This document shows positions 25,309 through 32,554 of a stretch of 32,554 nt of DNA, piece by piece. The notes beneath the pieces were generated by a model. That model saw only the letters and a program-made list of their open reading frames with translations, had not been told where the DNA came from and made no database searches. Source of the stretch: Candidatus Iainarchaeum sp. (GTDB taxonomy: Archaea; Iainarchaeota; Iainarchaeia; Iainarchaeales; Iainarchaeaceae); contig JAWANB010000003.1 of assembly GCA_038895675.1 (NCBI GenBank), positions 1 to 32,554 of the forward strand. Reading direction: 5' to 3'. Each line of letters starts with the position of its first letter. Within the stretch, counting starts at the first letter, position 1. The translations under genes were made by a program, and so were the position numbers.

Positions 25309-26103
25309 ATGGAGTTGAAAAGCAGACTACAGGATTTGATGGTAAAGTACAGGTTTAGGCCTGACAAAAAGTTAGGGCAACACTTTTGCATTAACAAAAA
25401 CTTGCTTCAAAAAATGGTGGAAGAAGCAAGTTTAAACAAAAACGATGTAGTAATAGAAATAGGACCTGGGACTGGCTTCCTTACTGAATTAATGATAAAA
25501 AAATGCAGAGTAATAGGGATAGAGAAAGACAAGAACCTTTCAAATTTACTTGAAAACGAATTTAAAAATGAAAAAAACTTTGAGCTAATAAAAAACGATT
25601 ATCTAAGAGAAGAAGAAAAAAAAGGAAACAAAATAATTTCATTGCCACCTTACAATATTTCAGATGACATAATGGTTAAAGTTTTTGAACAACAACCAGA
25701 TTTGTGCGTTTTTGTATTTCAAAAAGAGTTCGTAGAAAAATTGGTTGCTGAACCAGGTTTTCCTGAATATTGTTATCTCTCTGTAATGACTTCAATATTG
25801 TTTAAAATCAAAACTCCGATAAGAAGTATTAGCCCTAATAATTTTTATCCCGCACCAGCAGCTTATTCTTCTCTAATTTCTCTCAAAAAAAAAGAGGAAA
25901 TAAAGGTTGATACAAAAGAATTATGCACTTTCCTAAAACAAGTTTTTAGATTCAAAAATAAAACTTTAGAAAACGCCTTTCACTATGTGAAAATGAATTA
26001 TGACAAAAAAGAATTAGAAAAAACAAAATTAGTAAAACAAAAAATCAATTTAATAGAACCTGCATCGTACCTTGAAATTTTTAAGAAAATTTCTCCAAAA
26101 TAA
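25309..26103 (+). CDS. rsmA: 16S rRNA adenine dimethyltransferase (KsgA/Dim1 family)
   Basis: KKLGQHF, VIEIGPGTGFLT, IEKD, FQKEFVEKL, FYPAP. Confidence 0.93.
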   Translation: MELKSRLQDLMVKYRFRPDKKLGQHFCINKNLLQKMVEEASLNKNDVVIEIGPGTGFLTELMIKKCRVIGIEKDKNLSNLLENEFKNEKNFELIKNDYLREEEKKGNKIISLPPYNISDDIMVKVFEQQPDLCVFVFQKEFVEKLVAEPGFPEYCYLSVMTSILFKIKTPIRSISPNNFYPAPAAYSSLISLKKKEEIKVDTKELCTFLKQVFRFKNKTLENAFHYVKMNYDKKELEKTKLVKQKINLIEPASYLEIFKKISPK

Positions 26104-27634
26104 TCTTCTCAAACTCTATTATTTCTAAAGAATTAGCTAATTCGTAAGCTGCTTCTAATTTTCTTTCGTTTTCAGAAAAAATTTCAAATAACAAGTCTTT
26201 TTCTTTGACTTTAGAACCTGTTTCTACGTTGAGTAATACTCCTGAAAGCTTTGAAGATGGTGCACCTGCAACTCTTGCTATTTTATTCAACAAATTTACA
26301 TTAATTAGTTTTACTTCTCCTTCAGTTTTTGAAAAAACTTTTTTGCTAAAAGGAGCCATTGGTATTTCTTCAGAAGAGAATATTTTACCATTTTGTGCTG
26401 AAATTATTTGGCGCATTTTTTGTAGAGCTTTTCCAGACTTTAGTATTTCTAAGGCTTTTTCTGGTCCTTTGCCTTTTTGAACTGCTCCTACTAGTTCTAA
26501 CAATGCGCCAGATATTTCAACCGATTTTTGAGCCAAATTGTCAAAAACCTTTCCTTCAAGTATTTTTAAAGCGTGCTTTGCCTCTAAAGCAGGTCCAAAA
26601 GCAGGCCCACTCGGTTCATAACCATTAGTAAGCAAAACTTCTACTTTCATTCCTAATCTTTTTCCTACTTCAACAAACTTTAGAGCCATTTGTTCTGCTT
26701 TTTCTCTTGTCTTTACTTTTGCAAATGGACCTATTGGAATGTCTATTACAACATACTTTGCTCCAACACTCGCTTTTTTTGCCATTACACTTGCTATTAC
26801 TTGTCCTTCCGGGTCTAAAGAAAGAGGATACTCTATTCTTATTATTTTGTCGTCAGCAGGGGCTAATTCAACTGCTCCGCCCCAAGCTATGCAAGCTCCT
26901 GTTTTTTCTACGACTTGTTTTATTTGATCTATGGAAAGTGAGACGTCTGCTAAAACTTCCATTGCATCAGCAGTTCCTGCTGAAGATGTTATTGATCTTG
27001 AAGAAGTTTTTGGTATTATATAGCCAGCAGCAGCTATTATTGGTACAATTATCATTGTTGCTCTGCCGTTCAAACCGCCTATTGAATGCTTGTCAACAAT
27101 TTTGTTTTTGCCAAATTCTATTGTTTTCCCATTTTCTATTAGGGCTTTTGTCATGTTGACCGTTTCATCTAAATCAAAACCATTCACATAAACTGAAGAA
27201 ACAAAGGCTGCTATCTCAACTTCGCTTAAACTATTATCTGCAATGTCTTTCACTATTGTGCTTATCTCCTCATAATTCAATTTTTTGTTTTCTAGTTTTT
27301 TCTTAATAAGTTCAGAACTTTTAGGTTTTTGAGCAACACTTACTTTCAAAATCCCGTTTTCTTTTACTCCTAAGACTTTTTCAATGTCTTTGAATATGCC
27401 TACTTCATTTTCCATTATTATTGAGTCTGTAACGTCAACAATAACTTTTACTGAAACGCTGTTTTCTGGATTTGTTAATTCTATTCTATCTCCTGGCAAT
27501 AAACCGAGTTCTTTTGCGTCTACAATATTCATTATAGCCACTAAATTGCCTGTTTTTAAGTCAACAAGCTTGGCTTTCATGGTTTGAACATAACTAGAAG
27601 AAAGGTTATTCAAGGCAAGATTTTCTTCGGACAT
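26081..27634 (-). CDS. AMP phosphorylase (archaeal nucleoside monophosphate phosphorylase)
   Basis: N-terminal DAKELGLLPGDRI domain, DKHSIGG, PKTSSRSITSSAGTAD, LAPADDKIIRIEYPLSLDP. Alternative start ATG 27580. Confidence 0.94.
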   Translation of the reverse strand: MSEENLALNNLSSSYVQTMKAKLVDLKTGNLVAIMNIVDAKELGLLPGDRIELTNPENSVSVKVIVDVTDSIIMENEVGIFKDIEKVLGVKENGILKVSVAQKPKSSELIKKKLENKKLNYEEISTIVKDIADNSLSEVEIAAFVSSVYVNGFDLDETVNMTKALIENGKTIEFGKNKIVDKHSIGGLNGRATMIIVPIIAAAGYIIPKTSSRSITSSAGTADAMEVLADVSLSIDQIKQVVEKTGACIAWGGAVELAPADDKIIRIEYPLSLDPEGQVIASVMAKKASVGAKYVVIDIPIGPFAKVKTREKAEQMALKFVEVGKRLGMKVEVLLTNGYEPSGPAFGPALEAKHALKILEGKVFDNLAQKSVEISGALLELVGAVQKGKGPEKALEILKSGKALQKMRQIISAQNGKIFSSEEIPMAPFSKKVFSKTEGEVKLINVNLLNKIARVAGAPSSKLSGVLLNVETGSKVKEKDLLFEIFSENERKLEAAYELANSLEIIEFEKIILEKFS

Positions 27635-27672
27635 CTTTAAAATAACAAATCTTAATTTAAAAAAACTAACGC

Positions 27673-28248
27673 CTAAAACCTTTTTTTGAAAAATGGTTTT
27701 TCTTGAATTGGTGCTCTCGTAAAAAGATAAAATTTTTCTTCTTGTCCTTGCAATTCTTCAATAATTCTTCGTTTGATAAAAACTATTGGATCTATTCCTG
27801 AGACTCTTTGTTTTATGTCTGCAAAGGATGAGAAAGGCATTTTTTGTCTTTCTGAAAGTATGTCTGATAAATGCTTTTTACCTAAGCCTGGCAACAATTC
27901 TAATTGATGCCTTTTAAGACTTATTGCCGTTGACTTATTAAAAAAGTTTACAAAAAATTGTTCTCTTTCAGCAACAACTTTTTCAATAGCTGATTCTAAT
28001 TCATTTATAGCATTAGTTGTTAAGTCTTTGTAATTTATACGTCTTTTTATGAAGTCTATTTTGTCTCTTTGTTCTTTTCCTATGTAAACTTCTTCTTGTG
28101 GCTTTAAATCAATGTTAGGTTTTGGCACTACTTCAAGCAAAGTGAAAAAATTTTTTCCAAGAACTATGCAAATTGGCTCTGACTTATAATCCGTGCTTCT
28201 ACCTTTTGGAAGAAAATCTAAAACTAATGCATAGTCTTCGGCCTTCAT
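27673..28248 (-). CDS. DUF655 family putative RNA-binding protein
   Basis: EDYALVLDFLPKG, FFTLLEV, FFN, HQLELLPGLGKK HhH motif; conserved position after rpo4. Confidence 0.94.
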   Translation of the reverse strand: MKAEDYALVLDFLPKGRSTDYKSEPICIVLGKNFFTLLEVVPKPNIDLKPQEEVYIGKEQRDKIDFIKRRINYKDLTTNAINELESAIEKVVAEREQFFVNFFNKSTAISLKRHQLELLPGLGKKHLSDILSERQKMPFSSFADIKQRVSGIDPIVFIKRRIIEELQGQEEKFYLFTRAPIQEKPFFKKRF

Positions 28249-28271
28249 AGTATCACCTAAAAAAGAAGTAG

Positions 28272-28607
28272 TTATTTAAGGTACTTGGCTACTACCTCCA
28301 CAACCTGCTTAAGAGACTCTTCACTTACAGAGCCTTGCTTTACACTAATTAGTTTCGCAGTCTCTATATCAGGAGGGAGAATATCCAATACCTTGCAAAT
28401 AAAATCTTCGTCCAAACCTTGAATAGTTGACAATTCTTGCTTAAGTTTTTCAGCTTTTGAAGGAGCCAATTTAGAAAACTTTTTAGCATACTCTAAAGCT
28501 TGGGCTTGCTCGTACCTTAACTCGCCTTGCTTGGCTCTTTCTGAAAGTATTTCCTTGACCTCAAAAAGTGACAATGGTTTAATAGAAATGAGTTTTTTGC
28601 CTATCAT
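28272..28607 (-). CDS. rpo4: DNA-directed RNA polymerase subunit Rpo4 (F)
   Basis: MIGKKLI, EVKEIL, LRYEQAQALEYAKKFSKL, KVLDILP. Confidence 0.95.
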   Translation of the reverse strand: MIGKKLISIKPLSLFEVKEILSERAKQGELRYEQAQALEYAKKFSKLAPSKAEKLKQELSTIQGLDEDFICKVLDILPPDIETAKLISVKQGSVSEESLKQVVEVVAKYLK

Positions 28608-28924
28608 TGTAAAACCTCTGCTGCTTTAACTTCTCTAACAACGCCCCTTGAAAGTTTCAAGTGGGCAGTACCACACAAAACTCGCATTACTTTACCTAAT
28701 TTACTTACTTCAACATAAAAGCAATTTCCTTGTTTAGCCACTATTCTCCCAGTAAGACCATCATAACGCCTATGAGGCCTCCCTGAAGACACGGAAGGGT
28801 CAATTTTTATGTCAACGTAATCGCCTATTTCATAGGGAAACAACAATTTATTAGGAGTCACTTTAGGGCCTTTTCTTTTAGCCCTTGTTTTTGCCAATAC
28901 TCCTTTTGCCTTTTTATTAGCCAT
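28604..28924 (-). CDS. rpl21e: 50S ribosomal protein L21e (eL21)
   Basis: GDYVDIKIDPSVSSGRPHRRYDGLTGRI, AHLK; ATGA overlap with rpo4. Confidence 0.96.
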   Translation of the reverse strand: MANKKAKGVLAKTRAKRKGPKVTPNKLLFPYEIGDYVDIKIDPSVSSGRPHRRYDGLTGRIVAKQGNCFYVEVSKLGKVMRVLCGTAHLKLSRGVVREVKAAEVLQ

Positions 28925-29053
28925 AAAAACCACTAACCAAAATAACTCAAACTCTTTTTACTCTTTACTATTATGCCTACTCAAAACATTTAAATAAGTA
29001 AGCAAAATCAACAAATAGTTAAAAACTTATACTTTTGCATCAAAATATTTTTG

Positions 29054-29359
29054 ATGTTCAAAATACTAAAAGAATTTTCATTATTAAACCTAATATTATC
29101 GCCAATAATTTCCTTTATAGTAGTTATTGTTGGCGTCTATTTGGGTTTAGAGTCTTATAAAAATCAAGCAATAATAACCCAATACTTTCAAATAGCATTG
29201 CCACCAGTATTCATAATGGGAACAATTTGGTTTTTGCTCGGCGTCCTAACATTCACTTTTAGAAAATATAGTTCTTGGATAGGTAGACTTGGGAATGTGT
29301 TCATAATAGCCGGAATTTTGAACATAGGCATAACATTAGCAAACTATTTTTTAAAGTGA
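29054..29359 (+). CDS. Small hypothetical membrane protein (3 TM)
   Basis: About 101 aa with three hydrophobic segments; fills the gap upstream of aglB. Confidence 0.7.
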   Translation: MFKILKEFSLLNLILSPIISFIVVIVGVYLGLESYKNQAIITQYFQIALPPVFIMGTIWFLLGVLTFTFRKYSSWIGRLGNVFIIAGILNIGITLANYFLK

Positions 29360-29420
29360 AGTTTTTCCAAAAATCTCGCAAAATTTTTACTTTAAAAACT
29401 TTACTTCTCAAAGGGTTATA

Positions 29421-31400
29421 ATGCTTTTGAGTTCTATAAAAGATTTTTTCAAAACAAGAAAGAAAGAATTGTTCTTTGTTTTTCTTGTGTTTCTTTTAGG
29501 CTTTGGAATTAGGGCTCATTTAATGAAGTATGACTTATTCTTTGAGTTTGACTCTTACTATCATGGCAGAATGGTTGAATTCTACTTGCAAAACGGGTAT
29601 ATTCCAAAAGTAGATCCTATGGCTTATTACCAATTGCCTGAAGGCGGGTCATTGAAACCTAACGTTGGCGAATTTTTTTGGCTCGTCACAGGCAACCTAT
29701 TCAAATTATTTACCTTGAATGCTCCTTACAACAAAGAAAATTGGATAGTTGCAATAAAATTTTTTCCAGCATTTTTTGGAGCTTTAATTTCTGTTGCAAT
29801 GTATTATCTTGGCAAAGAATTGTATGACAAAAAAGCAGGCATTATCTTTGCTATTTTTGCCGCAACAATCCCTGCCTTTGTTTACAGGACAATGTCAGGT
29901 TTTTTCGAGGACGACTCATTAGGCTTTTTACCTTTAGTCATAGGAATGGTTTTTTTAGCCAGAGCTTTGAAAAATGCTGAATTCAACAAGTCAACAATAA
30001 TTAATTCTATTCTCGCTGGCCTGTCTTTAGGCTTAATGGCTTTAACTTGGCAAGGCTTTGGCTTTGCTTGGATGATCTTTCCACCATTTTTCATAGCAAC
30101 ATTAGTTTACATGAAACTTGCAAAAGAACCGAAAGAAAAAATAGTAAATTTCTCAAAAAACTTTGTAATTTTCTTTTTAATAATGTCAACAATAGCAACG
30201 TCATACCTTGGCCTTTGGTGGTTTGAATTTGGATTAAACCAAGTAATAGGTTACTTGCCAATTACAGCAGAAGGATATTCAAGACTTTCAACAGGCTCTG
30301 ACTTAGGCCCAAGCGTTTTCTCAATAAGTATAGGTGAAGAAAGCCAAGGAATAAAGTATTGGTTAAACAAGTATAACGCATTAGTATTCTTTCCTTTTTT
30401 GGCAATAGCAATATTTGCAATATGGTTCATTTATTCATTTTTCTCTTTCTACTTTAAAACAGAAAAAGAAAAAAAGCACAGCATAATGCCTTACGAAAGA
30501 GTCACTCTGCTAATATTTTTCTGGATTTTGATTTCAATGACCATGGCTTTCCTAAAGCTAAAGTACACTTATGTTTTCGGCTTGCCGATAGCAGCAAGCG
30601 CTGGCTTTGTTGCTTTCGAATTTTTCAGATGGGTTGGCGAAAAACCAAGCAACGAAAAAAAAATTGTAGGCTTGTCATTTGCATTCATGTTAGTAACAGG
30701 AATTGCTGCTGGCTCTTTCTTTGTAACTGAAAACAGACCAAACATAGAAGACGATTCAGGTTGGAAAGAAACACTATACTGGCTAAAAGAAAACACGCCA
30801 AAAGACTCAAAAATACTTAATTGGTGGAACCAAGGACACTGGATTTCTTTTATTGCTGAAAGAAAAGTAAGTTTAGACAACAGAAATTATTCTTTGCCTG
30901 AAAATTCTTTGGTTGCACAATTCTTGCTCTCAGACAACGACCAAAACGCACTAACAATACTATCACACTTTAATTCTGACTATGTCGTGGTAAGCGAAGA
31001 CATGATTTCAGCACTGCCTTCTCTTGCTCTATATGCTTACAATAAAACTAATAGCAATGACCCTTTAATTGTAAAGTACGGAAACTCAGGAATAGTGAAT
31101 TGCAGAAAAGAAATAGACAAATTATCAAAAAAGAAAACATATTATTGCGGAAACTTGGGGATAACAGAAGAACAATACTTGAAGTTTCCAACAAAAAGAA
31201 TAAACGAACCTAATGCTGCACTAAGCCAAACCTCAAGAGGTTTTGTTTACAGAAACCAAGAAGAAACAAAACTTTATATTTTCAGCAAAGCATCTCATGA
31301 CACACTAATAGCAAGAATGTTTATTTCTCCTGAAACCATACCTTGGCTTGAAGAAGTTTACACTAACAACGAAGTAAAAGTTTTCAAAGTAATGAAATAA
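29421..31400 (+). CDS. aglB: Oligosaccharyltransferase AglB/STT3 family
   Basis: Multi-TM N-terminal region, EFDSYYH, GFFEDD, SIGEE (TIXE-like), WLKENTP, NWWNQGHWI, DN motif. Confidence 0.92.
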   Translation: MLLSSIKDFFKTRKKELFFVFLVFLLGFGIRAHLMKYDLFFEFDSYYHGRMVEFYLQNGYIPKVDPMAYYQLPEGGSLKPNVGEFFWLVTGNLFKLFTLNAPYNKENWIVAIKFFPAFFGALISVAMYYLGKELYDKKAGIIFAIFAATIPAFVYRTMSGFFEDDSLGFLPLVIGMVFLARALKNAEFNKSTIINSILAGLSLGLMALTWQGFGFAWMIFPPFFIATLVYMKLAKEPKEKIVNFSKNFVIFFLIMSTIATSYLGLWWFEFGLNQVIGYLPITAEGYSRLSTGSDLGPSVFSISIGEESQGIKYWLNKYNALVFFPFLAIAIFAIWFIYSFFSFYFKTEKEKKHSIMPYERVTLLIFFWILISMTMAFLKLKYTYVFGLPIAASAGFVAFEFFRWVGEKPSNEKKIVGLSFAFMLVTGIAAGSFFVTENRPNIEDDSGWKETLYWLKENTPKDSKILNWWNQGHWISFIAERKVSLDNRNYSLPENSLVAQFLLSDNDQNALTILSHFNSDYVVVSEDMISALPSLALYAYNKTNSNDPLIVKYGNSGIVNCRKEIDKLSKKKTYYCGNLGITEEQYLKFPTKRINEPNAALSQTSRGFVYRNQEETKLYIFSKASHDTLIARMFISPETIPWLEEVYTNNEVKVFKVMK

Positions 31401-31410
31401 AGGTGCTTAC

Positions 31411-32403
31411 GTGGACCTCATTGCTACACTAATAGCAATTTTCACATTTTCATCATTACTAACTTACATAATAACACCTATTATGATTAGAAAAATGGTA
31501 AGAAGAGGAATAACTGGCAAAGACATGAACAAGTACGAAAAACCAGAAGTAGCTGAAATGGGCGGAATTTCAGTAATGCTCGGGTTCTCCTTTGGAATAA
31601 TCTCTGCAATTTTTATAATAACTTATCTGGGGTTAGAAAACGTAAACTTAACAATACTATTTGCAGGCTTTCTAACAATATTCACAACAGGCTTTATAGG
31701 CGTAGTAGATGACCTCATAGGTTGGAAAAAAGGAATAAGACAATGGCAACACGCATTATTTCCTATTTTCGCAGCATTACCATTAATGGCTGTAAGAGCC
31801 GGAACAGATTATGTAGTGCTCCCGTTTTTTGGACCAATCAATCTTGGAATAGCATATTCATTGTTAGTTGTTCCCATAGCAATAACAGGAGCCTCAAATG
31901 CCTTTAACATGCTTGCAGGCCTAAACGGACTTGAAACAGGATTAGGAATAATAATAATATCAACACTAACGCTTATTGCTGCCATGACAGGACAAACAGA
32001 AGCACTCATAATAGGAATAGCAATATTAGGAGCATTACTCATCTTTCTTCATTTTAATTGGTTCCCTGCAAAAGTCTTTGGCGGAGATTCTTTAACACTA
32101 ATGATTGGAGCAACAGCAGCAACAATTTCAATAATAGGCAACATGGAAAAAATAGGAGTAATGATAATAGCATTATATTGGATTGAACTAATACTAAAAG
32201 CCAAGTCAAAATTCCAAGCTGAAAGCTTTGGCATACCAAACAAACACAATATTTTAAGCCCGCCAAAAAACATTAACTCAATAACACACTTAGTAATGAC
32301 AATAAAACCAATGACAGAAAAACAAGTAGTAATAACAATACTCTCAATACAAGTAATAATTTCAACAATAGTATTTACAATGTTTTACTTTAAGTTGCTG
32401 TAA
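31411..32403 (+). CDS. aglH: UDP-GlcNAc:dolichyl-phosphate GlcNAc-1-phosphate transferase (AglH/GPT, MraY-like family)
   Basis: GKDMNK, EMGG, GVVDDL, NAFNMLAGLNGLE, FNWFPAKVFGGDS; about 10 TM helices; adjacent to aglB. Confidence 0.9.
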   Translation: MDLIATLIAIFTFSSLLTYIITPIMIRKMVRRGITGKDMNKYEKPEVAEMGGISVMLGFSFGIISAIFIITYLGLENVNLTILFAGFLTIFTTGFIGVVDDLIGWKKGIRQWQHALFPIFAALPLMAVRAGTDYVVLPFFGPINLGIAYSLLVVPIAITGASNAFNMLAGLNGLETGLGIIIISTLTLIAAMTGQTEALIIGIAILGALLIFLHFNWFPAKVFGGDSLTLMIGATAATISIIGNMEKIGVMIIALYWIELILKAKSKFQAESFGIPNKHNILSPPKNINSITHLVMTIKPMTEKQVVITILSIQVIISTIVFTMFYFKLL

Positions 32404-32554
32404 AAAAAACTTATAATCAAAAAAAAGATACAACAACACAAAAACAAAAGAAACAAAAAATAACGAAGTCTTAAAAAAGGACTTTTTAAGAAAAAAAACA
32501 AATGACTTTAAAATGCGATTTCTACAAAGCACTATAAAACCGATAAATATATAA

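Overview
AT-rich archaeal chromosomal segment made almost entirely of housekeeping genes. Gene content (archaeal ribosomal proteins, Spt5, Rpo4, FtsZ, AMP phosphorylase, AglB, GGTGA-type Shine-Dalgarno sites) suggests a DPANN lineage, possibly Diapherotrites/Iainarchaeota; this is inference. In order it holds: partial glmS with a divergent HTH regulator, a membrane-anchored Lon-type protease, rpl44e, an Smc protein, secE (missed by the ORF track), rpl1-rplP0-rpl12-spt5-rpl11, ftsZ, prs, tRNA-Ser(CGA), a pyrB-I-D-K-C-E-F operon ending in rsmA, rpl21e-rpo4-DUF655-AMP phosphorylase, aglB and aglH. No mobile element or CRISPR array was seen. The standout observation is a 998-aa protein with canonical condensin-type Smc heads and neck, no hinge domain, and a Rad50-type CXXC zinc hook at its midpoint. 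Other points are a palindromic operator array between glmS and its putative regulator, a WWNQG variant of the AglB WWDYG motif, non-canonical motifs in PyrF and RsmA, a recurring TTCTAC promoter-proximal motif, and two locally scrambled ancient operons.
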